Below, piece by piece: positions 45,608-56,470 of a stretch of 64,000 nt of DNA. A program made the translations under genes and the position numbers. This DNA is from Gammaproteobacteria bacterium. GTDB taxonomy: Bacteria; Pseudomonadota; Gammaproteobacteria; JAJFKG01. The notes beneath the pieces were generated by a model, which saw nothing but the letters and a program-made list of their open reading frames with translations, did not search any database and was not told the DNA's origin. How positions within the stretch are numbered: the stretch's first letter is position 1; each line of letters starts with the position of its first letter. The DNA lies in NCBI GenBank assembly GCA_965116795.1, contig OZ220716.1, positions 192,001 to 256,000 of the forward strand. The letters run 5' to 3'.

Positions 45608-47044
45608 CTAGCTAGGTTTCAAACGACATTTATCAGGGTCGGTATAACTGTTAGTATTACAAATCCAACTAGTATTAGACTCCTCGCTCCAAACATCTCC
45701 TATAACCTCACTAACATCTATTCGGGTTAATACCAGAGAATTAACTTGGTCAATGTCATCTGCGTACTGAGCGATAGCCTCCGTAGGAAACAACGAGAAG
45801 GTTGTATATATAAGGTGCGTATTAGGCTTTTTAGGATCAAACCCAGGGCTAATGCCTAAGAATGTCCATCCTCCAAAACTACTATTAAGTGGAGGTGTAC
45901 CACTAGCAAAAGCCACTTGAAGCTCCTCTATTGTCAACGGCCTAATGTAGTTAATAATCTCACCACCATCAGCAATGGCCAACACTTCTGTCATGCGTAC
46001 TGCTGGCTCTTGCGTCCAACTTAGCAAACTTTGGCGTTGTTGTTTGGAAAACTCACCGTACTCACGTGATGATGGATCTAACGATATATTTAAACGCCCA
46101 CCACTGGTAAAAAAGCTATGTGCTGTTGCACGGCTATCTACATAATCGGTTGTCCCTTCCAATTCCAATTGCATACCGTTTGGAGACGGCAGCAACCAAC
46201 CAATCCCGCCCCTGTATTCACGCTGCGTTTGTTGTAAGCGCGTCAAAAACTTCACTTTTAATCGTGGCAATAATCGTTGTTCTAGCCGAACATGACCACC
46301 CACACCATTTACCTGTTTGCCATGGCGGTATTTTGTATTGAAACGCACACTGTCATAATCAACTCCACCACTCAAACGATTGTACGGCCATAAACGCAAT
46401 ACAACATCAGCATGCACATTCCCTGCATCAGCACCGGCAATGTGTCGTTGTTCAGCAGTAACTTCTGTCAGACTAGGATCAGATAATGTCTGCCCTTCTG
46501 ATAATGACTTATTCGGCGCATGAGCATAATAACCACCGACATCAAATGATTCGATATAAGGGTTTTCAAATATGAACGCATAAGCGGCACCAATCGCATT
46601 TTGCTCCACCCACGTCGATGCGGTGCTTGCAACAAAATCAAAATCTAACTTCTGTTGCAACCGATCAAATGTCAATTTGAGGCGCTGATTGGCAACAGTC
46701 CCCATACCATAGGTCACATTTGCACGAAACACCTTAGGGCCTGCATTAATTTCCAAGGCTGCTGCATAACGTTCACTACTGCCAAGGTAACTGGCCACCT
46801 TGGCTTCCGCGATAAACCCTAATGTCTTATCCCCATACGCACCCATACTAAACACAGGTGATCGGAACCCACTTGCTTTATTAGATTGATTCGTTTGAGA
46901 TCGGCTAGTTGATTGAGGTGCCGTCCGTGAATGATTGGAAGTATCTGCAAGCAACGCGGCATGTGTTTGATAGGAGAAAAAAGTAACTAATCCGATAACA
47001 ATAGCAAACTTTACACAATGGGGGGTTAGGTAATTTTTGGTCAT
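45608..47044 (-). CDS. Putative secreted/outer-membrane beta-barrel protein with a small C-terminal passenger (inverse-autotransporter-like)
   Basis: Signal-like N-terminus ending THA, long run of amphipathic beta-strands, distinct C-terminal domain with two Cys. Confidence 0.55.
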   Translation of the reverse strand: MTKNYLTPHCVKFAIVIGLVTFFSYQTHAALLADTSNHSRTAPQSTSRSQTNQSNKASGFRSPVFSMGAYGDKTLGFIAEAKVASYLGSSERYAAALEINAGPKVFRANVTYGMGTVANQRLKLTFDRLQQKLDFDFVASTASTWVEQNAIGAAYAFIFENPYIESFDVGGYYAHAPNKSLSEGQTLSDPSLTEVTAEQRHIAGADAGNVHADVVLRLWPYNRLSGGVDYDSVRFNTKYRHGKQVNGVGGHVRLEQRLLPRLKVKFLTRLQQTQREYRGGIGWLLPSPNGMQLELEGTTDYVDSRATAHSFFTSGGRLNISLDPSSREYGEFSKQQRQSLLSWTQEPAVRMTEVLAIADGGEIINYIRPLTIEELQVAFASGTPPLNSSFGGWTFLGISPGFDPKKPNTHLIYTTFSLFPTEAIAQYADDIDQVNSLVLTRIDVSEVIGDVWSEESNTSWICNTNSYTDPDKCRLKPS

Positions 47045-47087
47045 TTATACCATCCTTGGTTAACAATAAGTTAAATAATCCTACTAT

Positions 47088-48105
47088 ACGCCATGCTCGA
47101 CTTTTTTGGGATAAAATTGTTTAAAGTTTGACTGGCACAGTGAATTCCAGTAATTTTGGTTTGAAAGAATCGCCCTTACAAGGAGAGTCACCATGCCATT
47201 GGAGGATTTTATCATTACGGTGTTTTGTTTAGTAGCGGAAAGTACCAAAAGTATGGAAGGATTACAGGTGCTACGACATCGAGGTTTCGCACCAAAGTTA
47301 TCAGATGAAGAAGTAATTACCATGGAAGTTGTCGGAGAATTTTTAGGAATTGATACAGATAAAGGCTTATGGTCTTATTTTAAAACTAACTGGCAAATGT
47401 TGTTTCCCGATCTAGGAGCACGTAGTAACTTTGCAAAACAAGCAGCAAACCTGTGGAAAGTAAAACAAGTTATCCAAATGAAAATAGGTGACCAACTGCA
47501 TGCTACTGATGACACATTACATATGGCAGATGGATTTCCGATACCGGTTTGCAAATTCAAACGAGCAAAATATAGTCGTGTATTTAAGGGTGAAGCAGGC
47601 TTTGGATACTGTGCATCCAAAGATGAGACTTATTACGGTTTCAAAGGAAATGTTGTGATTAATTCTGAAGGTGTGATCAGTAGTATAACGGCGACAGCCG
47701 CTAATATCGATGAAAGAGAATCGCTTTGGGATATTATTGGCGGCATTAGTGGATTAATGTTGGCTGACAAGGGATTAATTGGCAAAGATTATCAACAGCA
47801 ACTGGCACGAGAGACAAACGTAAACTTGCAAACACCACTACGCGATAATATGGTTGATACAAGAGGAAAAGATGCAGCATCATGGTTGATATCAACACGG
47901 CGTTTGGTTGAAACGGTTATCGGCCAATTAAGCGAACGGTTTCATATTCAAAAAGTCAGGGCAAGAGATACATGGCATTTCACTAATCGTGTTACCAGAA
48001 AAATATTATCACACACCTTGGCCGTATTTATTAATAAGATAGTGGGTAACAAACCACTTCAGTTTGAAAGGCTCGTCACTGTATGAAAAAAGTCGAGCAT
48101 GGCGT
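47088..48105 (+). mobile_element. IS982-family insertion sequence, 1018 bp
   Basis: 20-bp perfect TIR ACGCCATGCTCGACTTTTTT; 6-bp target duplication TACTAT (47082-47087 and 48106-48111). Confidence 0.95.
47193..48086 (+). CDS. IS982-family DDE transposase
   Basis: KLSDEEVITM, DGFPIPVC, GYCASK..YYGFKG, ADKG, R..VET.IGQL. Confidence 0.93.
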   Translation: MPLEDFIITVFCLVAESTKSMEGLQVLRHRGFAPKLSDEEVITMEVVGEFLGIDTDKGLWSYFKTNWQMLFPDLGARSNFAKQAANLWKVKQVIQMKIGDQLHATDDTLHMADGFPIPVCKFKRAKYSRVFKGEAGFGYCASKDETYYGFKGNVVINSEGVISSITATAANIDERESLWDIIGGISGLMLADKGLIGKDYQQQLARETNVNLQTPLRDNMVDTRGKDAASWLISTRRLVETVIGQLSERFHIQKVRARDTWHFTNRVTRKILSHTLAVFINKIVGNKPLQFERLVTV

Positions 48106-48324
48106 TACTATATTAAAAAACAGTGATACCTTAGAGTATTTTTTGAAAAGATTCAATGCATATTAACTTACTTTAACGACCATGATTATGCTGCTTACTC
48201 AACACGACAAACACACGCTCAAATCGCGCTAACCAACATCACTGCCCATATCATTTAATACTTGGTGTTCAACGCATTCTGCTTTAGAATTATGCCTGAT
48301 TTACATTCAGATGAGATGACATGA

Positions 48325-49455
<1,131 letters not shown>

Positions 49456-49525
49456 ACGCAATAGTCTAATAGCTTTTTAATTCAAGTTGCCATTGAAAAA
49501 AAGCGAAAGAATAGGAGATTAGGCT

Positions 49526-50368
49526 ATCAAACTATTCAAGCAAGGCTCTCTGCTAGGTTTGCGTTTGTTAATGTTAATTGTATTGTCTATTGTCATGATG
49601 ACATTGGATCACAATCAACAGACCATACGTCCACTACGTACTACACTAAATTGGATCATTACACCATTTCAATATATGGTTAGTTGGCCGATTGATGCAG
49701 CGCATTGGGCACAGCAAACCTGGGTAAACCATCACCAATTAAGTCGAACCAACAAACAATTACGCGAACAACTATTACAACTCCAAGGTCAATTACAACG
49801 CCAACTTAGCTTAGAACAAGAAAATACAACGTTGCGTGCGCTGTTAAATTCAGCTAGCTATGTGCACGGCGATGTGTTAGCTGCACAATTACTCGCAGTT
49901 AACACTGCACCTTTTGTTAATGAAATTATTATCAATAAAGGATCCCAAGCACACGTAGCATTGGGACAACCTGTGATTGATGCTAGCGGGATCATGGGGC
50001 AAGTGATCGAAGTTAATCAATTCACCAGTAGGGTATTGCTGATTGATGACACACGTAGTGCAATCCCAGTACAAGTCCAGCGTAATGGGATCCGTGCTAT
50101 TGCAGACGGCCGCGGCACTGCTAATCAATTGACACTATTGCATATACCAGAAACAGCAGATATTAAAGTTGGCGACTTACTGGTTACCTCAGGACTTGGA
50201 CAACGTTTTCCAATTGGATACCCTGTAGCAACAGTGACTGAAGTCATTCACAGTCACGGAGAAACATTTGCAACAATTATTGCTAAACCACGTGCACAGT
50301 TAAACCGTAGTCGTTATGTATTATTAGTATGGCCAAATTCAAGTTTGGCATATACTCTGCGCAATTGA
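49526..50368 (+). CDS. mreC: Rod shape-determining protein MreC (probable ATC start)
   Basis: ENTTLRALL, IINKGS, GDLLVTSGLG.RFP.GYPVA; AGGAG 8 nt before an in-frame ATC. Confidence 0.92.
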   Translation: MKLFKQGSLLGLRLLMLIVLSIVMMTLDHNQQTIRPLRTTLNWIITPFQYMVSWPIDAAHWAQQTWVNHHQLSRTNKQLREQLLQLQGQLQRQLSLEQENTTLRALLNSASYVHGDVLAAQLLAVNTAPFVNEIIINKGSQAHVALGQPVIDASGIMGQVIEVNQFTSRVLLIDDTRSAIPVQVQRNGIRAIADGRGTANQLTLLHIPETADIKVGDLLVTSGLGQRFPIGYPVATVTEVIHSHGETFATIIAKPRAQLNRSRYVLLVWPNSSLAYTLRN

Positions 50369-50425
50369 ATTGTAGGTTTTGTTGGCTACGCGATATTGCC
50401 TACAATCCAATTGCTTGAGTCTATA
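50351..50425 (-). repeat. Internally deleted ERIC-like element, family A, overlapping the mreC stop
   Basis: TATACTCTGCGC...GAGTCTATA; core lost at a TTGCC microhomology. Confidence 0.88.
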
Positions 50426-50505
50426 CGTTGTTATAACTTAGCAAAGGTTTTTTAGTAAAGGCGGCATTTGTATTTTTCTGACAAATAAGGATAGATAATA
50501 AACTC

Positions 50506-50994
50506 ATGCAATTGCATTATTTAAAGTATTGGCTAATGGTAATCATTACTATCAGCATTGCACTGTTGTTAACTCAATTACCCTTACCCAGTTGGGCACA
50601 ATGGTACCGCCCACATTGGTTATTGCTCGTTGTATTATATTGGGTAATGACTACACCCAATCAAATTGGGATCATGACTGCCTGGCTGATTGGCTTATTA
50701 CTGGATACAAACCAAGGTACTGTGTTAGGTGAACATGCATTGGCATTTGCCATCACTGCATTTCTTGCAGCTAAATGGTATCGACGCATCAAGATGTTCC
50801 CACTATTTCAACAAGCTTGTACTATCTGTTTACTGACATTAGTCTATTTACTTATTATATTCTTGATACAAGGTATTCAAGGATACAGCTTCCAGCATAT
50901 GGGCTACTGGTTAAGTGCGATTAGCAGCGCGGTACTATGGCCATGGATATTTATCATATTATGTCGTTATCAGCAGCGGTTTAATCCTTATTAG
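50506..50994 (+). CDS. mreD: Rod shape-determining protein MreD
   Basis: RP.W..LV.LYW, AW..GLLLD...G..LG.HA, WPW. Confidence 0.93.
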   Translation: MQLHYLKYWLMVIITISIALLLTQLPLPSWAQWYRPHWLLLVVLYWVMTTPNQIGIMTAWLIGLLLDTNQGTVLGEHALAFAITAFLAAKWYRRIKMFPLFQQACTICLLTLVYLLIIFLIQGIQGYSFQHMGYWLSAISSAVLWPWIFIILCRYQQRFNPY

Positions 50995-51018
50995 GATAAT
51001 GTCTATGAGTAAGCAACT

Positions 51019-54000
51019 GTGAAAAAATTACTGTCACGTATAACACATGCCGTATTATATACAGTGATCACACTGATTATCAGTGCAGCAATCCTATCCA
51101 GCCTGGCACGTGCAATAACTCCCTATCTAAATACTCATAAAGCTGCATTAGCAACTTGGATAAGTCAATTACTAGGTCCAAATGTAACGTTAGACAGTCT
51201 TGAAATAACCTGGCAAGGCTTATCCCCAAAATTACAATTACATAATGTATCGTTACATAGCCACAATACGTTACTAGTGCATGTTAATACGGTTAACATT
51301 GGCGCCAATATTATTCAATCATTATGGAAATGGGAATTTGAGCCCGGCACAATTGCTTTATCTGGCACCAAATTAACACTATGGCAACAACCAGATGGTA
51401 GTATTAGTACTACTGCTACAGCAACAAAACAATCTAGCCCACAATTTAATTGGGTTATTGACTGGTTAACATCTCAACATCGCATCGCATTGAATAATGT
51501 TCAACTTAATTTGCATCTACATGATAAACGTACAGTAATACTAGATAATTTACATGTACAACTGACTAATCGGCTTGATCAACATCATATAAGTGGTGGC
51601 TTTATTTTACAGCAACCTAACTATTCTCCTGGCCAAATATATTTTACAATGCAACTAGTAGATGATCTTAGCAAAGCTGGTCTGCGTTCTATTCATTCAT
51701 TATCTGATTTGTTTGCTCATATCACTAGCAAATCTTATATAGTTGCTAAAAAATTACAATTATCCCCTTGGTTATCGCAAAAAACTGTGCGCAATTGGCA
51801 ATTAACCCAAGGCACAAGTAATGTAGAACTATGGTTAGACTGGGATGGGAAAAAGCAAGCTATACTAGCCAATGCGAACGTTAATCTAACTGCGATGCAA
51901 CTTAAAAATAATAAAACAAAACAACTTTATCAACAGCCTTACCTGGCTGGCATATTGAAATTATCGATTAATCCTGAACATTGGCAACTGTCTGCTAATC
52001 AAATTCGCTTCAATAACAGTAAGTCTGCTACGACACACGATGTTAGCATTGATGGCGTAATGCAAGCAGGCCATCTCAGTAACATTAAAACCATTTGGCT
52101 ATCAGACTTACACTTAAGCATATTAAATAGTTTGATTAAGTTACAGATACTCACCGAAAATGATATTACTATACCCATTACCAAACATAAATTATCTGGG
52201 CAATTACATAATATTTACTTTCATTTAAATACTGATAAGAATGGTCCTAAATGGCTGTTGCTGGCTGATTTTGATCAATTATACATGCAAGCTTGGCAAC
52301 AAATTCCTGGCATTCAAAGATTCTCAGGGCAATTACAAATAACGCCTTATCATGGTTTTATTACCCTAGACAGCCAACATGCACACATTGATTATCCAAC
52401 TTTATTTAGCAAACAATTTGATTTAAACCAATTACAAGCAGAAATTATGTGGGCAGTGAGTCAACAAGGCTGGTTTGTTGATATTCAACATATTCATGCA
52501 GAAAATCCAATATTCACCTTATATGGTAATACTCATGCATTTATTCCATCAGCAACACAACCGATTAACTTGGATATGGCACTGCATTTTGATATCAATC
52601 AATTAGATAGCTTATCAACAATATACCCAGACAAAATTGCACCTAAGGGTTTAACCAGTTGGTTGACTGACAATCTCCTTAGTGGCGATCAGTTAAGCGG
52701 CAATGTTTTGTTACGTGGACCAATCACGGCATTTCCGTTTGCGAAGCAACAAGGTATCTTTCAAGTCAATGCCACTGCTAAGCACCTGAATTTTACCCCA
52801 ACAACAGATTGGCCAGTCGTACAAAATGTTGATGCAACCTTTGACATTCACCAAGCACATTTTCAATTTAATGTTAGCAAAGCTACGCTATATAAGAATG
52901 TAATCAGTGATGTACAAGGTGACATTACGGCAATCGACCAAGAGACACCATTAATTATTAAGGGAAAAACACAAGGTGATTTACAAGATGTACAACGCTA
53001 CCTATTAGCTACACCACTAGCTAATCAGTTACCATTATTAAAGTTAACCCAAGGTTCGGGGGAAGTAACCAGTCGAATACGATTACAAATCCCACTAGAT
53101 GATGTAACGCCTTATAATACACAAACTTACATGTCGCTAGATAATGCAACACTAACATTACCATATGGCTTGCCACCACTAACACGTATTAAGGGCAACA
53201 TTCTCATCAATGATGATATCATCACAGCAGATGATATCAGTGCGAAATGGTTAAATAATCTGAGTAAGATTACCATTAATACTCGAAAACAAAAACAATT
53301 TAACCTCATTGATGTTGAACTATCTGGTAAATTAAGTAGTGATATATTACAACAGCACTTAAGTAAAACATGGCATGATTACTTTGATGGCAGCAGTGAA
53401 TTTACACTGCATTTTCAGCATTCTACTGATCCAAAACAACCATTACACACAACAGTCAAAACTGATCTGCGTGGTATGCAAATTAATGTGCCACCACCTT
53501 TTTCAAAAACCAAATCACAAACAATGTACTCAGCACTAGCATTATCTTTTTTACAAGACAGATTACAGCAACTGTCTTTCAATTACGGTAGTGAATTGGC
53601 TGGCTTTATTAAATTTAAACCCGATTCGACTGCTATTCAAGCTGGTCATTTCGTATTTGGGAAGCAAACAGCAACTCCACCTACGATTGATGGGATCACA
53701 TTAAGCGGTCACTTGCCCCATCTTGATGCTGATAAATGGCTGTCAACTTATGCTAAACGCACATTACCATTAACTGACGATAACACACCATCAGCACTGT
53801 CTAATTTGTTAACACAATTACACCGCATTGATATTAGCTTTGATACAGTCAACGTATTTGATCAAATCCTATCGCCAATGAAACTTGGTGCCACACTTAA
53901 TCAACAAAATACCCAGCTACAATTAAATAGCCCTCAATTACGTGGTAATTTGACTGTACCAATTGACTTATCAAAACAACCCATTAGTGGCACTCTTGAT

Positions 54001-54939
54001 CATGTAAAATTAATTTTGCCTAAGCAAGATCAACAACAAACTAACATTTCATCGATCAAACCAGCAACGTTGCCCGCACTTGATCTGACTATTCATAAAC
54101 TCGTCATTAACAATGATGACATTGGTGCCCTTGTGCTAAATACACAACCTATTAAGAATGGCATTGGCATTAATAACATTAATCTAGTGAATCGTTATTT
54201 TAAATTGGCAGCTAAAGGAAACTGGTTACAAACTGAAAATGGTGATAGCAGTCAATTAAATGGCTCTATTAGCACCAAACATTTAAATAGATTATTAGCT
54301 TACTGGAATAAAGTACATGATATCAAGGGAACAACTGGCAATATAAACTTTGACGTTGCTTGGCCTGATGATTTATTTAAATTTAAACTTGCTAATACGA
54401 CAGGTACAGCCAATATTACTCTAGGTGAAGGTCGTATTGTTAACATTGGTGCCAATGACACATCACAACAGATGAATTTAGGTCGTTTATTAAATGTATT
54501 TAATCTATCATCACTATCAAGACGATTGAAATTAGACTTTAGTGACATCACTAAAAAAGGATATAGTTTTGATTCTGTCGAAGGCAATTTCGCTTTAGAT
54601 AATGGTAAAGCAACAACAAGAGATACTATAGTGAAAGGATCAATTGCTGATTTACAATTAGCAGGTACTATTAACTTACAGAATAAAGTTTACGACTTAT
54701 TATTAACGGTTATTCCACATTTAACATCCAGTTTGCCAGTAATAGCAACCGTTGCTGGGACTGCAGCATTAGGACCACTAGGTGCTGTAGTTGGCGCTGC
54801 AACGTGGCTAGTTGATAAAGCGATAATCAATCCAAGTCTAGGCAAATTAACAAGTTATACTTATCACATTACTGGTCCATGGGAAAAACCAAAAATGACA
54901 GCAATCACAAAGAAACCGTCTCAACAATCCACACAATAA
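51019..54939 (+). CDS. yhdP: YhdP (AsmA-like lipid transport protein)
   Basis: 1306-aa beta-rich protein, W.GL.P.L.L, RRL.LDFSD...G.SFD, Y.ITGPW..P C-terminus; after mreD. Confidence 0.88.
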   Translation: MKKLLSRITHAVLYTVITLIISAAILSSLARAITPYLNTHKAALATWISQLLGPNVTLDSLEITWQGLSPKLQLHNVSLHSHNTLLVHVNTVNIGANIIQSLWKWEFEPGTIALSGTKLTLWQQPDGSISTTATATKQSSPQFNWVIDWLTSQHRIALNNVQLNLHLHDKRTVILDNLHVQLTNRLDQHHISGGFILQQPNYSPGQIYFTMQLVDDLSKAGLRSIHSLSDLFAHITSKSYIVAKKLQLSPWLSQKTVRNWQLTQGTSNVELWLDWDGKKQAILANANVNLTAMQLKNNKTKQLYQQPYLAGILKLSINPEHWQLSANQIRFNNSKSATTHDVSIDGVMQAGHLSNIKTIWLSDLHLSILNSLIKLQILTENDITIPITKHKLSGQLHNIYFHLNTDKNGPKWLLLADFDQLYMQAWQQIPGIQRFSGQLQITPYHGFITLDSQHAHIDYPTLFSKQFDLNQLQAEIMWAVSQQGWFVDIQHIHAENPIFTLYGNTHAFIPSATQPINLDMALHFDINQLDSLSTIYPDKIAPKGLTSWLTDNLLSGDQLSGNVLLRGPITAFPFAKQQGIFQVNATAKHLNFTPTTDWPVVQNVDATFDIHQAHFQFNVSKATLYKNVISDVQGDITAIDQETPLIIKGKTQGDLQDVQRYLLATPLANQLPLLKLTQGSGEVTSRIRLQIPLDDVTPYNTQTYMSLDNATLTLPYGLPPLTRIKGNILINDDIITADDISAKWLNNLSKITINTRKQKQFNLIDVELSGKLSSDILQQHLSKTWHDYFDGSSEFTLHFQHSTDPKQPLHTTVKTDLRGMQINVPPPFSKTKSQTMYSALALSFLQDRLQQLSFNYGSELAGFIKFKPDSTAIQAGHFVFGKQTATPPTIDGITLSGHLPHLDADKWLSTYAKRTLPLTDDNTPSALSNLLTQLHRIDISFDTVNVFDQILSPMKLGATLNQQNTQLQLNSPQLRGNLTVPIDLSKQPISGTLDHVKLILPKQDQQQTNISSIKPATLPALDLTIHKLVINNDDIGALVLNTQPIKNGIGINNINLVNRYFKLAAKGNWLQTENGDSSQLNGSISTKHLNRLLAYWNKVHDIKGTTGNINFDVAWPDDLFKFKLANTTGTANITLGEGRIVNIGANDTSQQMNLGRLLNVFNLSSLSRRLKLDFSDITKKGYSFDSVEGNFALDNGKATTRDTIVKGSIADLQLAGTINLQNKVYDLLLTVIPHLTSSLPVIATVAGTAALGPLGAVVGAATWLVDKAIINPSLGKLTSYTYHITGPWEKPKMTAITKKPSQQSTQ

Positions 54940-55408
54940 TATGCAGTAAACCCCACGCATACACACCAGCAACTGCATCATCTAACATAATGCCAAATCC
55001 ACTATGAAAACGACGTTCTAATATTGCGATGGGAAATGGTTTATAAATATCAATTATTCTAAATAATACAAATCCGACAATCATCCACCACCAACCACTC
55101 GGTGCCAACAGCATTGTTATCCAATAACCAACAAATTCATCCCACACAATACTGGGATGATCATCCAAACCAACTGCCTTTGCAGCAATCCCACAACAGA
55201 AAATACCAAAGATAAATGCCAATACTAAACATATTAAATACCCATAAAATGGTAATTGGTTTAAGCCAAGATATATGAATAGTGCTAATAAACTCCCCCA
55301 AGTACCTGGTGCAAATGGCAATAACCCACTTCCAAACCCCACTGCACATAAAATCAATGGTTGGGTTAATACTTGCTTTTTAGTAAATGTGACTGGAATA
55401 TTTGTCAT
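54905..55408 (-). CDS. pgpA: Phosphatidylglycerophosphatase A
   Basis: GFGSGL.P.APGTWGS, D.PSIVWDE, FR..DI.KP.P, GIMLDD; start reassigned to ATG 55408 (the ORF-track start lies in a repeat). Confidence 0.94.
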   Translation of the reverse strand: MTNIPVTFTKKQVLTQPLILCAVGFGSGLLPFAPGTWGSLLALFIYLGLNQLPFYGYLICLVLAFIFGIFCCGIAAKAVGLDDHPSIVWDEFVGYWITMLLAPSGWWWMIVGFVLFRIIDIYKPFPIAILERRFHSGFGIMLDDAVAGVYAWGLLHIIVWIVETVSL

Positions 55409-55431
55409 GACTTCATTACTGTTCACGCTGA

Positions 55432-55505
55432 TATACTCAGCGCCCTTGAATTGTAGGCTTTGTTGACTACGCGATATTGCCACATTTCTAAATGCGGTGA
55501 GTATA
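55432..55505. repeat. Chimeric 74-bp element (family A end fused to family F end) overlapping the nusB stop
   Basis: TATACTCAGCGCCCTTGAATTGTAGG... joined at TTGCCAC to ...ATTTCTAAATGCGGTGAGTATA. Confidence 0.85.
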
Positions 55506-55922
55506 TTCTAATGGTCGCCAACGTTGTGCTGCTTTATCTAAAACGCTATTTACAAAACTATAACTATCTTGTGCACCGAATAGTTTAATGATCTTAATTG
55601 CTTCATCAATGATGATAGCATAAGGCACATCAACACGTTCACTTAATTCAAATATGGCTAAACGTAATACGGATAACGTCACTGGATCAAGTTTATTAAT
55701 CGGCCGCGTTAAATCATGAGATAGTTTCGTATCAAGTGCATCAACTTGCTCAATGACCCCTTTGGTTAAGGCATCAAAGTAGACCATGTCTACTTTTGCC
55801 ATGTTATTTTCAGCAAGAAAGTCATCGCGTATTTGTGCCGCTGTTCGCTTAGTAAAATGCCATTGATACAATGCTTGCACAGCAAAACGCCGCGCTTTAT
55901 GTCGTGCACTCGGTTTAATCAT
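55488..55922 (-). CDS. nusB: Transcription antitermination factor NusB
   Basis: [29 protein letters not shown]...K.FG, FVNSVLD. Confidence 0.95.
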   Translation of the reverse strand: MIKPSARHKARRFAVQALYQWHFTKRTAAQIRDDFLAENNMAKVDMVYFDALTKGVIEQVDALDTKLSHDLTRPINKLDPVTLSVLRLAIFELSERVDVPYAIIIDEAIKIIKLFGAQDSYSFVNSVLDKAAQRWRPLEYTHRI

Positions 55923-56370
55923 GATCTGCTAATCGCTCTATTTCTTCACGAAATTCATTGATATCTTGAAAACGACGGTACACTGATGCAAAACGTACAT
56001 AAGCAACTTGATCTAAGTTACGTAATTCTGACATGACTGATTCACCCAATGTGTTAGCACTGATTTCACGCTCACCAGAAGCACGTAATAATCGTTTTAT
56101 ATTTGCTATTGCTTCTTCTATTTGTTCAGCACTAACCGGCCGTCTTTCCAGTGCACGTTGCATACCTGCACGTAATTTTTCTTCATTAAATGGTTCACGG
56201 CGTTTATCATTCTTGATCACATGTGGCATGACTAATTCTGCTGCTTCATACGTGGTAAACCGCTCAGCACACTGTACACATTCACGCCGGCGACGGACTT
56301 GCGTACAATCACTAATTAAGCGTGAATCGATAACTTTAGTATCTGGTGCTTGACAAAAAGGACAATGCAT
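55915..56370 (-). CDS. nrdR: Transcriptional repressor NrdR
   Basis: [37 protein letters not shown]. Confidence 0.97.
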   Translation of the reverse strand: MHCPFCQAPDTKVIDSRLISDCTQVRRRRECVQCAERFTTYEAAELVMPHVIKNDKRREPFNEEKLRAGMQRALERRPVSAEQIEEAIANIKRLLRASGEREISANTLGESVMSELRNLDQVAYVRFASVYRRFQDINEFREEIERLADHD

Positions 56371-56389
56371 TACTTCAACCTTACTTTGG

Positions 56390-56470
56390 CAATTGCTTGA
56401 GTCTATATTTCGTTATAACCCATATCAAACATCATTTCTATTTGCCACATTTCTAAATGCGGTGAGTATA
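56390..56470. repeat. Repeat fragments: family A end plus tail, and family F end overlapping the glyA stop
   Basis: CAATTGCTTGAGTCTATA-TTTCGTTATAA; TTGCCACATTTCTAAATGCGGTGAGTATA (56442-56470) identical to 55477-55505. Confidence 0.85.

Noticed and set aside
48160-48178. Possible PmrA box (TTAA-N6-TTAA on the minus strand) upstream of the beta-barrel gene; a weaker one near 16124-16140
   Set aside because: Spacing and consensus match are imperfect, and such words are frequent in AT-rich DNA
54905-54939. 35-bp convergent overlap of the yhdP and pgpA 3' ends
   Set aside because: Short convergent overlaps are ordinary
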